From: Eledone cirrhosa
Taxonomy: Eukaryota
DNA length: 64,000 nucleotides
Assembly: GCA_964016885.1 (NCBI GenBank)
Contig: OZ024763.1
Coordinates: 30,566,001-30,630,000 of the forward strand
Reading direction: 5' to 3'
Both the position numbers and the translations under genes were made by a program. This document shows, one piece after another, positions 40,467-55,926 of this stretch. Under the pieces are notes generated by a model. It was given only the letters and a program-made list of their open reading frames with translations, did not search any database and was not told the DNA's origin. Every line of letters starts with the position of its first letter. Position 1 is the stretch's first letter.

Positions 40467-41076
40467 TGTCAGGTCACCAGTTGGTGCTACTGGTAACATG
40501 TATCCCAGTACAACCTGTCTCATGGTCGGGTCGTTGGCGACTAAACTGGCAACCCCACCAAGGTTTCTTGGTGAGGAGGGTGACTTTGGACATCCTGCAG
40601 GACTAAAAACAAAACCTGTCAAAGGGCAAAGGAGCTCTTAAGAGTCAATGGCCATCCAAAATCACCGGGAGAGATGACCCCTTAGCCTTTGTCAAGGCAG
40701 AATTCTAGGAGAAGGAAAACTCTGATATAACACCTGCAACCCTGATGGTATCCAATGATGTTGACTTGTTCTTCTTTTTGGTAAATATCATCTTGGTTAA
40801 GAGAGTGGGACTGGCTTTGTGCAGTGCCTTTGCTCACTATAAAAGCTTCACGGCACAGGCATTGCTTTATATCTGGAGATCTCTCTGCACTTGTCGTCAC
40901 ATGGTACCATGGGCCCAGCACTATGTGTCAGTAATTGTCACAAGTGTAGTGTTTGTACCAGAGTTTTCAAGTCGCTGGCTGGACTAAAAAGTCACACTCG
41001 TTCAGCGCATCGGTAGGGGTTCTCCTACATGGATATAAAGTAGTGGCCGTACTCGAAAACGAGTTGGCAGCCACCA
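40467..41076 (+). mobile_element. Non-autonomous bipartite RTE-derived element, copy 1
   Basis: RTE 5'UTR-type CTAGGAGAAGGAAAACTCTGA motif joined to a C-terminal C2H2 finger [25 protein letters not shown] (40939-41016); no RT; flanked by (TA)n. Confidence 0.7.
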
Positions 41077-41192
41077 TATATATATATATGTATGTATATA
41101 TATATATGTATGTATATATATATATATATGTGTATGTATGTATGTATGTATGTATGTATGTATGTATATATATATATATGTGTATATATATG

Positions 41193-41227
<35 letters not shown>

Positions 41228-41262
41228 ATATATATATATATGTATGTATGTATATATATATG

Positions 41263-41293
<31 letters not shown>

Positions 41294-41340
41294 GTATATA
41301 TATATGTATATATATGTATGTATGTATGTATATATATATG

Positions 41341-41371
<31 letters not shown>

Positions 41372-41400
41372 GTATATATATATATATGTATATATATATG

Positions 41401-41431
<31 letters not shown>

Positions 41432-41464
41432 GTATATATATATATGTATATATATATATGTATG

Positions 41465-41533
<69 letters not shown>

Positions 41534-41560
41534 GTATATATATATATGTATATATGTATG

Positions 41561-41615
<55 letters not shown>

Positions 41616-41616
41616 G

Positions 41617-41693
<77 letters not shown>

Positions 41694-41718
41694 GTATGTA
41701 TGTATATATATATGTATG

Positions 41719-41781
<63 letters not shown>

Positions 41782-41792
41782 GTATATATATG

Positions 41793-41839
<47 letters not shown>

Positions 41840-41926
41840 ATATATGTATATATATGTATATATATGTATATATATATATGTATATGTATGTATATATGTA
41901 TATATATGTATATGTATGTATATATG

Positions 41927-41973
<47 letters not shown>

Positions 41974-42060
41974 ATATATGTATATATATGTATATATATG
42001 TATATATATATATGTATATGTATGTATATATGTATATATATGTATATGTATGTATATATG

Positions 42061-42091
<31 letters not shown>

Positions 42092-42185
42092 GTATATATA
42101 TATATATATATGTATATGTATATATATATGTATATATATATATATATATGTATATGTATATATATATATATGTATATGTATATAT

Positions 42186-42255
<70 letters not shown>

Positions 42256-42262
42256 GTATATA

Positions 42263-42872
42263 TGTCAGGTCACCAGTTGGTGCTACTGGTAACATGTATC
42301 CCAGTACAACCAGTCTCATGGTCGGGTCGTTGGCGACTAAACTGGCAACCCCACCAAGGTTTCTTGGTGAGGAGGGTGACTTTGGACATCCTGCAGGACT
42401 AAAAACAAAACCTGTCAAAGGGCAAAGGAGCTCTTAAGAGTCAATGGCCATCCAAAATCACCGGGAGAGATGACCCCTTAGCCTTTGTCAAGGCAGAATT
42501 CTAGGAGAAGGAAAACTCTGATATAACACCTGCAACCTTGATGGTATCCAATGATGTTGACTTGTTCTTCTTTTTGGTAAATATCATCTTGGTTAAGAGA
42601 GTGGGACTGGCTTTGTGCAGTGCCTTTGCTCACTATAAAAGCTTCACGGCACAGGCATTGGTTTATATCTGGAGATCTCTCTGCACTTGTCATCACAGGG
42701 TACAATGGGCCCAGCACTATGTGTCAATAATTGTCACAAGTGTAGTGTTTGTACCAGAGTTTTCAAGTCGCTGGCTGGACTAAAAAGTCACACTCGTTCA
42801 GCGCATCAGTAGGGGTTCTCTTACATGGATATAAAGTAGTGGCCGTACTCGAAAACGAGTTGGCAGCCACCA
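42263..42872 (+). mobile_element. Non-autonomous bipartite RTE-derived element, copy 2
   Basis: Near-identical to 40467-41076 (offset 1796, a handful of substitutions). Confidence 0.7.
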
Positions 42873-42882
42873 TGTATATATG

Positions 42883-42933
<51 letters not shown>

Positions 42934-42934
42934 G

Positions 42935-42967
<33 letters not shown>

Positions 42968-42988
42968 GTATATATATATGTATATATG

Positions 42989-43021
<33 letters not shown>

Positions 43022-43034
43022 GTATATATATATG

Positions 43035-43067
<33 letters not shown>

Positions 43068-43068
43068 G

Positions 43069-43099
<31 letters not shown>

Positions 43100-43100
43100 G

Positions 43101-43135
<35 letters not shown>

Positions 43136-43142
43136 ATATATG

Positions 43143-43180
<38 letters not shown>

Positions 43181-43196
43181 TGTATATATATGTATG

Positions 43197-43227
<31 letters not shown>

Positions 43228-43228
43228 G

Positions 43229-43261
<33 letters not shown>

Positions 43262-43291
43262 GTATATGTATATATGTATATATATATATAT

Positions 43292-43472
43292 ATGTGTTAG
43301 AATTGGCATGCATATTCAACAGATCTATGTACAAAATTATACAAACTATCAAGATTATTTCTGAAGACGGCGTATATATGTGTTGGTATGTATATTTAAT
43401 CTTGATAGTTTGTATAATTTTGTATAATTTTGTACATAGATCTGTTGAATATGCATGCCAATTCTAACACAT
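43292..43472. repeat. Palindromic MITE-like element (~65-bp TIRs) inside (TA)n
   Basis: TGTGTTAGAATTGGCATGCATATTCAACAGATCTATGTACAAAATTATACAAACTATCAAGATTA and its reverse complement (one 10-nt duplication). Confidence 0.9.
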
Positions 43473-46291
<2,819 letters not shown>

Positions 46292-46515
46292 GCTCTGTCA
46301 CCAGCTGTTGTTCAGTCCTGCTAGAACAGCCGTATTATCAAAGACCTTCCTACCATGACCTTGCCATCTGTTGTTCTTTTAATCCCACCCTATATGTTTA
46401 TATATATATATATATATATAGTGTATATATATATAGTGTGTATATATGGTGTGTATATGCATATATATATAGTGTGCATATGCATATATATATATAGTGT
46501 GTGTGTATATATATA

Positions 46516-46582
<67 letters not shown>

Positions 46583-46641
46583 ATATATATATATATATAT
46601 AGGAATACAATATCTAATGTGAACCTTTTATTTTTTTCAAG

Positions 46642-46645
46642 GGCA
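46642..46645 (+). other. Possible 4-nt microexon GGCA
   Basis: Branch-point-like CTAAT (~46614), long T tract, AAG acceptor, then a canonical GTGAGT donor at 46646. Confidence 0.3.
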
Positions 46646-47954
46646 GTGAGTGATCAGGTTTCCTTTTCATCAATAGGGTGATGATGTTGATGTTGTTGAT
46701 GATGATGATGATACCCATGTGATAACAGTGAAGAATAAGGAAGCTTTTCACGTGCCCCTCACACCTCACCCCACAGAACAAAGCCTTAATATGCTTGTTA
46801 CTGTTGCTGTTGTTATAACTATTAGTGTTGTTTCAAGCGTGATTGATTGACTGGAGTCAGTAGAGCAGCATATAGCTGTGGCCCTTTACGTTCTGAGTTC
46901 AAATCCTGCTGTGGTCAAATTTGCCATTCATCCTTCTGGCAGGTAGATAAAATAGTGTACCAGTCATGCACTGGGGTCGACATAAATCAAATTTCTTCAT
47001 CCCTATACTGACCCACAATTTAATCAGGTTTCACTCTCTCCTCTCCCAAGATAATTTCTACCCTTGTGCCCTTAATTAAATGGCGGTTGGTGGATTGGCA
47101 GAATCGATCGTTAGAGCTTCGGACAAAATGTTTTGTAGCATTTAGTTACAGCCCTTTACATTTTGAGCTCAAATCCCACCATGGTTAGCTCAGCCTTTCA
47201 TGCTGGGGTTAATTTAGCACTTTAGTATTTACATTACTCTATATATACCATTGTATTTTCAAGGTAAAGGCTTTTCCTTACATAATATCGAATCTATGAG
47301 ATTTTGATATTATTTATTTTGAGAACAATACCTCAACATCAGTCTGAGCGGCCGGTTACATCCGGTTTGAACAGAAAGAGGTAAGTGGATTCTAGCCAGA
47401 TATGGCTGGTTTAAACGCTAAATGGTTAAACAACAAAGCACAAAATCTGAGCCAGTGTTTGACATTATAGTTTTCTGACAAAGGGTTTTAGACTTGAAAT
47501 ATTAGGACAGTTAAATAAAGTAACAGGTGACACACCATCTTCACTTCCTTCAATTTATTCCAAAATCTACCGCCAGCTCCATTTTGGATTGTCGTAGGCC
47601 TCAGATAACATTCGGCTTTATACAATAACAATGCTTCAAGCTAACTGCAACGCCCTCTTATTTTTTTTAATTTTATTTTTTATCACATGTCACAGATAAG
47701 TATGTAGGATTGTTGTTGTTGTAGTTGTTGGTGTTGTTGTAACCCAACCACCTGATATCACAAGACACCGCCTCCTTTCTTCCTTGTGTTTTTAGTTTTT
47801 ATGTAAGATAATAAACTAAGCAAGTGGGTGGATGACATCATACAAAGGTTATATGGTTTTTGTAATTGCCGACATCATCATCATCATCATCATCAACATT
47901 GTGTTATTCTTTTCTTTTTATATCCGGGTTTCAATGCTGGCATGATGTTGTTGT

Positions 47955-49025
47955 TTAGTTGGCCTCCAATGAGGTAAAATCTCAGAGATGGTTCCTCAGG
48001 TGTTTTTATGATAAGGACCTCCCCTCCTCTCCTTCATCCTATCACATACACACAAGCACTCAAGGTTCATCGAGTGTTTTAATGACAGGGAGAGCGAGGA
48101 AGAGAGAAGGACTTGTCCTGTCATGTTCTAACAGCCTACGCCTGTCTAGGTTTAGCTGGCCTCTTGCAGAGTTGCATCTCACTGGAAGACTTCTCGGGTG
48201 GTTTGTTGATGTCCTGTCATGTTGTAACAGCCTACACCTGTCTAGGTTTAGCTGGCCCTTGCAGAGTTGCATCTCACTGGAAGACTTCTCAGGTGGTTTA
48301 TTGATGTCCTGCCATGTTGTAACAGCCTACGCCTGTCTAGGTTTAGCTGGCCTCTTACAGAGTTGCATCTCACTGGAAGACTTCTCGGGTGGTTTGTTGA
48401 TGTCCTGTCATGTTGTAACGGCCTACGCCTGTCTAGGTTTAGCTGGCCCTTGCAGAGTTGCATCTCATGGGAAGGCTTCTTGGGTGGTTTGTTGATAGAC
48501 AGAGGTCCCAGTCCTATTACACTTGCACAAATGCATGTTGTTATAGCTCACACTTCACAAGCTTTATCTGGCCTCCTATGAGGTTGTATTTCATAGATTT
48601 CTTGGGTGTTTTAATGATAGAGGCCCCCTGTCATATCATGTTGTTATAGCTCACACTTCACAAGCTTTATCTGGTCTCCTATGAGGTTGTATTCCATAGA
48701 TTTCTCGGTGTTTTAATGATAAGGACTCCTGTCATATCATGTTGTTATAGCTCACACTTCACAAGCTTTATCTGGCCTCCTATGAGGTTGTATTTCCTAG
48801 ATTTCTCGGTGTTTTAATGATAAGGACCCCTGTCAAATCCTGTTGTTGTTACAGTTCACACCTAAGTAGCTTTAGTTTGATTCCAAGGAAGTTTCATCCC
48901 AATTAAGGTTTCTCGGGTGTGTTAATTATAAGGGCCGCAGTGCTATCATGTTGTTGTTACAGCTCATACCTATGCAAGTTTAGCTGGCCTCATATGCGGG
49001 TGCATTTCATAGGAGGTTTCATGGG
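47955..49025. repeat. Graded ~95-105 bp tandem repeat with two related subtypes (48114-48495 and 48534-49025)
   Basis: Shared CATGTTGT...TTTA(G/T)CTGGCCTC...GTTG(C/T)AT.TCA...TTCTCGG.TG skeleton. Confidence 0.85.
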
Positions 49026-49034
49026 AAAAGCAAC

Positions 49035-50910
49035 ATGGTGGTGAGTAGGGAGGTGGCCCTAGAGCCAAGGACATTAGAAGTCTCCACTGCTATGGCTAGC
49101 CAACTCTGTGCCGATGGTGGTGAGTAGGGAGGTGGCCCTAGAGCCAAGGACATCAAAAGTCTCCATTGCTATGGCTAGCCAACTCTGTGCCGATGGTGGT
49201 GAGTAGGGAGGTGGCCCTAGAGCCAAGGACATCAAAAGTCTCCACTGCTATGGCTAGCCAACTCTGTGCCGATGGTGGTGAGTAGGGAGGTGGCCCTAGA
49301 GCCAAGGAGATCAGAAGTCTCCATTGCTATGGCTAGCCAACTCTGTGCCGATGGTGGTGAGTAGGGAGGTGGCCCTAGAGCCAAGGACATCAAAAGTCTC
49401 CACTGCTATGGCTAGCCAACTCTGTGCCGATGGTGGTGAGTAGGGAGGTGGCCCTAGAGCCAAGGACATCAAAAGTCTCCATTGCTATGGCTAGCCAACT
49501 CTGTGCCGATGGTGGTGAGTAGGGAGGTGGCCCTAGAGCCAAGGACATCAAAAGTCTCCACTGCTATGGCTAGCCAACTCTGTGCCGATGGTGGTGAGTA
49601 GGGAGGTGGCCCTAGAGCCAAGGAGATCAGAAGTCTCCATTGCTATGGCTAGCCAACTCTGTGCCGATGGTGGTGAGTAGGGAGGTGGCCCTAGAGCCAA
49701 GGACATTAGAAGTCTCCACTGCTATGGCTAGCCAACTCTGTGCCGATGGTGGTGAGTAGGGAGGTGGCCCTAGAGCCAAGGACATCAAAAGTCTCCATTG
49801 CTATGGCTAGCCAACTCTGTGCCGATGGTGGTGAGTAGGGAGGTGGCCCTAGAGCCAAGGACATCAAAAGTCTCCACTGCTATGGCTAGCCAACTCTGTG
49901 CCGATGGTGGTGAGTAGGGAGGTGGCCCTAGAGCCAAGGAGATCAGAAGTCTCCATTGCTATGGCTAGCCAACTCTGTGCCGATGGTGGTGAGTAGGGAG
50001 GTGGCCCTAGGGCCAAGGACATTAGAAGTCTCCACTGCTATGGCTAGCCAACTCTGTGCCGATGGTGGTGAGTAGGGAGGTGGCCCTAGGGCCAAGGACA
50101 CCAGAAGTCTCCACTGCTATGGATAGCCAACTCTGTGCCGATGGTGGTGAGTAGGGAGGTGGCCCTAGAGCCAAGGAGATCAGAAGTCTCCACTGCTATG
50201 GCTAGCCAACTCTGTGCCGATGGTGGTGAGTAGGGAGGTGGCCCTAGGGCCAAGGAGATCAGAAGTCTCCACTGCTATGGATAGCCAACTCTGTGCCGAT
50301 GGTGGTGAGTAGGGAGGTGGCCCTAGGGCCAAGGAGATCAGAAGTCTCCACTGCTATGGATAGCCAACTCTGTGCCGATGGTGGTGAGTAGGGAGGTGGC
50401 CCTAGGGCCAAGGAGATCAGAAGTCTCCACTGCTATGGATAGCCAACTCTGTGCCGATGGTGGTGAGTAGGGAGGTGGCCCTAGGGCCAAGGAGATCAGA
50501 AGTCTCCACTGCTATGGATAGCCAACTCTGTGCCGATGGTGGTGAGTAGGGAGGTGGCCCTAGGGCCAAGGAGATCAGAAGTCTCCACTGCTATGGATAG
50601 CCAACTCTGTGCCGATGGTGGTGAGTAGGGAGGTGGCCCTAGGGCCAAGGAGATCAGAAGTCTCCACTGCTATGGCTAGCCAACTCTGTGCCGATGGTGG
50701 TGAGTAGGGAGGTGGCCCTAGGGCCAAGGAGATCAGAAGTCTCCACTGCTATGGATAGCCAACTCTGTGCCGATGGTGGTGAGTAGGGAGGTGGCCCTAG
50801 GGCCAAGGACACCAGAAGTCTCCACTGCTATGGATAGCCAACTCTGTGCCGATGGTGGTGAGTAGGGAGGTGGCCCTAGGGCCAAGGACATCAGAAGTCT
50901 CCATTGCTAC
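49035..50910. repeat. 79-bp minisatellite, 24 copies, derived from CRE-like RLE coding sequence
   Basis: ATGGTGGTGAG at 49035, 49114 ... 50852 (exactly 23 x 79); the last unit runs into the RLE ORF. Confidence 0.95.
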
Positions 50911-51165
50911 AGGTTCAACCACAAACCTGTCAGAGAGGCACCGGTATTTGGAGAGTTTACCCTCTTTGGCACGAAGTGCAACAGAGCCTGGGTTAGTCGC
51001 AGACTGCACCAGGTTGCTGCTGAAGAAAATGTCGCTGCATGTGACATCCCAGATGAGGGGGTTACCACCGCAGAACAGGAAGATGGTCATGCCAACTGGC
51101 CTTTTGCCAGTCCCTTGGTCCAACCCAGCTAGGTTGAGCTGGGAGGGGAAGCCTGCAGCATCGTG
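50797..51165 (-). mobile_element. CRE-like non-LTR retrotransposon RLE fragment
   Basis: GKRPVGMTIFLFCGGNPLIWDVTCSDIF..SNL..SATNPGSVALRAKEGKLSKY...EPVAMETSDVLGP. Confidence 0.85.
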
Positions 51166-51750
51166 GACACAACATGCCCATGCTGCTGCTACAGGATTTG
51201 GGACTGAACCCTAACACCATGTGGTTGCTGATAGCATTGTGAAATGAATCCCTTAACAACACTGCCAGCCATGTCTGTGTCTACCCATTATGTAGATCAG
51301 ATTTTCTGGAAGGGGGTGGAAAATAGAAAAAAAAAACTCTTATCCTATTTCCTCCACCTCTCCTCCTCCTTCTGTCAAAGCCCCCCCCCCTTATTTTCTC
51401 CAACCCCTTCCCAATCCTGACTAGGGTCCTGTCTTTACTTCCTTCAAGCTTTTGTTCCTTTGTTCAATCCTGTCTGGCATGCTACCCAACCCTATCCTCT
51501 GCTTTCTTCACTCTGCCCCTTGTTCCAATCCTGTCTAGGTTTCCCCTTTCCTTACATTGCCCACCCATCCAGACCCCATCGCCCTGTGCAAGTTTGTCTG
51601 GGACCCCCCTCCCCTCCTCGTCAAAGCCCTAAACATCCTGTTACCTTCTTAGATATCTTAACAAATACAACCCCTGTGTCAATTATAAATAAAAGATGTG
51701 ATGGCAAGAAAGTTTAGCTTAAACCACATAGACTGGCTATGAATTGTGGT

Positions 51751-51788
<38 letters not shown>

Positions 51789-52068
51789 TATGTATATGTA
51801 TATATATGTATGTATATGTATGTATGTATATGTATATATATATATATGTATGTATATATATATATATGTATATATATGTATGTGTATGTATGTATGTATG
51901 TATGTATGTATATGTGTATATATATGTATGTATATGTATATATATATATGTATGTATATATGTATGTATATGTATATATATATATGTATGTATATATGTA
52001 TGTATATGTATGTATATATATATATATGTATATATGTATGTATATATATATATATGTATATATATATG

Positions 52069-52197
<129 letters not shown>

Positions 52198-52868
52198 GTA
52201 TATATATGTATATGTATATATGTAGATATGCATATGTATATATGTGTATATGTGTATATGTATGTATATGTATATATGTAGATATGCATATGTATATATG
52301 TGTATATGTGTATATGTATGTATATATATATATATGTATGTATATATATATATGTATGTATATGTATGTATGTATATATATATATGTATGTATATGTATG
52401 TATATATATGTATATGTATATATATGTATATGTATATATATGTATATATGTATATATATATATGTATGTATATATATATATGTATGTATATGTATGTATA
52501 TATATATATGTATGTATATGTATGTATATATATATATGTATGTATATGTATGTATATATATGTATATGTATATATATGTATATGTATATATATGTAGATA
52601 TGCATATGTATATATGTATATGTGTGTGTATATGTGTATATGTATATATATGTATATGTATATGTATGTATGTATATGTATATATATGTATGTATATGTA
52701 TATATATGTATGTATATGTATATATATGTATATGTATGTATATATATATGTTTATATATGTATATGTATGTATATGTATATATATGTATGTATATATATA
52801 TGTATATATATATATGTATATATATGTATATGTATATATATATATATGTATATATATGTATGTATATG

Positions 52869-52899
<31 letters not shown>

Positions 52900-52996
52900 G
52901 TATATATATGTATGTATATGTATATATATATATATGTATATATATGTATGTATATGTATATATATATATGTATGTATATGTATATATATATATATG

Positions 52997-53029
<33 letters not shown>

Positions 53030-53046
53030 GTATATATATATATATG

Positions 53047-53105
<59 letters not shown>

Positions 53106-53193
53106 GTATATATATGTATGTATATATATGAATATGTATATATGAATATGTATATATGTATATATATGAATATGTATATATGTATATATATGA

Positions 53194-53232
<39 letters not shown>

Positions 53233-53259
53233 GTAATAATAATAAAATTGAAGACTAAA

Positions 53260-54400
53260 ATCCAAAGAGGGCTCGATAAGGAAAATATATATCAAATATA
53301 TAAGAACCGTAGAGCAAATATTTATTAAAATAACAGATTAAAGTTTAAGCAAAGAATCGCTGCTTTCACCCTTAACGGGATCTTCTGAAACTAACAAAGT
53401 CAATCTGTAAACGCAGAACTGGATATTTCAAAAAACGTTGCAACCGGAGGAAGACAGGAAGATGATACTTTGGTTCGTGGTAACGTTCGCTGGCAAAGAA
53501 CGGGAAAAAACGAATAATACGTCATTAATAGGAGCGGTGAAAAACAATTACGCACAAAGACAAAACCACGTTTATGGTATAAAAGAGGTCGTAGACTAAT
53601 GTTCTCTTAGGTGGTGCATAGAGACGTTCTCTGGCAATGAACGAAAAAACGAAGATAATAAGTCATATGTGGAGCGTGGAGAACAATAGCACGCAAAGAC
53701 AAAACCACGTAAATGGTATAGCAGAAATCGTAGACTAAAATTCTAACTAGGAGACCAAATGAATCTCCGCTACAGAGTTAAGAACAAAGTAAATAAATAC
53801 CATACAGAAGTAATAGAAACAAATAAATACATACACGCAAACTGATACGTACATACACAAGCATACGCATAACCTTACCATTTGTATACAAAACCACGCA
53901 CATATAAATATGTGTGTGTGTATGCTTGTGTACAAATAAATAAATAATTATATAAACGTATATAAGTAAATAAATACGTATATAACAAGCGCACACGCAT
54001 ACCTACATATAAATACACGAATGTTCGGAGACGTAAGTCAACTAAAACAAGAAGTACACATATACACACACCCACCATACGTACGAACCTGCACACTCAC
54101 GCGGACGCAAAACTCCCGTATACACATAGCCAAACCTTAAATACCAGAATATGTAAAAATTATACGCTATAACGGTCAAATATACGTACGAGAAGGTATA
54201 CATACCTTCACAGAACATACGGGTAATATATACTTACCTATACAAAACAAATAAACAAAACATATACTTAGCTCCCACATCAAGACGTAAAATATCCACG
54301 TATAGATCGTGCTATCCGTTAGGGTATAACGTGGGGCTGTAATACAGGAAAGTTTTGTGCAATTTATGTTTACAAGATTTTTTGTTTAAGATGTGGTCTG
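53260..54400 (-). mobile_element. Probable Penelope-like element 3' end/pLTR remnant
   Basis: Minus-strand [12 protein letters not shown] (~54312-54350) resembles the GIY-YIG ORF terminal TL.P.G.N; degenerate hammerhead CAGAAGA-TCCC..GGG-TGAAA at ~53360-53390; internal ~140-bp duplication at 53490-53745. Confidence 0.35.
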
Positions 54401-54493
54401 ATATTATGTATACTCCAGTCCTACAAACAGTAGAGTGCTTCTTATCTGATATCTGCATTGCTTTATTGTACTACAATAAAACTCACCTCCTAC

Positions 54494-54560
<67 letters not shown>

Positions 54561-54588
54561 GCATATGTACATATATACACCACAGCCC

Positions 54589-54641
<53 letters not shown>

Positions 54642-54847
54642 CATATATACACCACAACCGACCATCTTTCACTATATATATGTATATGTATATATATATA
54701 CAGGGGCTGTGGTGTATATATGTACATATGCATGTATATATATATATATATAATGTAGGAGGTGAGTTTTATTGTAGTACAATAAAGCAATGCAGATATC
54801 AGATAAGAAGCACTCTACTGTTTGTAGGACTGGAGTATACATAATAT
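54401..54847. repeat. Long palindrome A (95-bp unique arm + (TA)n + ~35-bp arm + (TA)n)
   Basis: Unique parts of the arms are exact reverse complements; the TA tract lengths differ. Confidence 0.92.
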
Positions 54848-55158
54848 ATAAGATCAAAAGATGGTTAAATGAGTTCCATGTATTTTATTATGCGCATTTC
54901 AAAAACAAATATCATCATGCAATAACATTTGTGTTTTCATCAGATAAAATAGGAGGGCATGATATGAAGGTTAAAAAACACTTGTGGATAGTGCAGTTTT
55001 AAATCAACAAAACTGCACTATCCACAAGTGTTTTTTAACCTTCATATCATGTCCTCCTATTTTATCTGATGAAAACACAAATGTTATTGCATGATGATAT
55101 TTGTTTTTGAAATGCGCATAATAAAATACATGGAACTCGTTTAACCATCTTTTGATCT

Positions 55159-55168
<10 letters not shown>
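54841..55168. repeat. Long palindrome B (160-bp arms, 8-nt loop 55001-55008, 2 substitutions)
   Basis: ...GATAGTGCAGTTTT-AAATCAAC-AAAACTGCACTATC... Confidence 0.95.
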
Positions 55169-55192
<24 letters not shown>

Positions 55193-55200
<8 letters not shown>

Positions 55201-55926
55201 GAATAATCGAGTATCGAAAAATCGGCGCACGAGTTCACGATAAACAAAATTCGATATGAGTGGCAGAGTGCTCACTAATTTAGATAAATCAGAGCTATAA
55301 CTATCGTTAAAATACCGTCACACACAGAACAAGTCTATAATCAACCGCACGATCGAAAATTTGCGATCCGGAAGATTCGGGACACTCAGATAAAAAATAT
55401 CAATAAATCAATAAATTAAATGAATGTAAAAAGCATACCCGGACCCGCTAGGAAGATGTTAAACCTAGCTTCTTGGGTTTCTGTAAATCCTTAAACTGTT
55501 CTCTATCAGCTCACATAAAAATATATAAGACATCTAGAAGACAGCGGACAGGAAATTTACTTCTTCAACGAGCTTTGTCCAAACGGATGGAATGGCATAA
55601 CCCAAGCTAAATACGCACATGGAATTCGGCAAGGGAGATAACCTCTACATCCGCGAAAACTATTCGGGAAAATGTGGAAATACACATATCGAATAAAAGT
55701 GCTCAATAGACATGTTAAAATAAACAGGAGCTATTCATCACTCAATAGAATCGACAAAAAATGAACAATAAAATTAACTGGTCAATAGCTATGTCTAGAG
55801 CTAAATATAGTAGAATAATCGAGTATCGAAAAATCGGCGCACGAGTTCACGATAAACAAAATAAGATATGAGTGGCAGATTGCTCACTAATTTAGATAAA
55901 TCAGAGCTATAACTATCGTTAAAATA
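55193..55926 (+). mobile_element. ~122-bp direct repeats (55193-55314, 55805-55926) flanking a ~490-bp interior with very degenerate RT-like motifs
   Basis: Repeats differ at 3 sites; interior reads KYIRHLEDS (~55519) and GIRQG (55621) ... PRKLF. Confidence 0.5.

Noticed and set aside
40939-41016. C2H2 zinc-finger host gene exon
   Set aside because: A single finger followed by a stop at the 3' end of a repeated element, typical of RTE ORF C-termini.
47959-48581. Repeat-protein ORFs (CHVVTAYACLGLAG...)
   Set aside because: Unit lengths alternate and shift frame; satellite origin is more likely.
49035-50910. CRISPR-like regular array (also 16545-18110 and 32410-32830)
   Set aside because: No unique spacers, no cas genes, eukaryotic context; the units are whole tandem duplicates.
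55060-55080. CTGATGA as a hammerhead core within palindrome B
   Set aside because: No stem II, GAAA or stem III arrangement follows.
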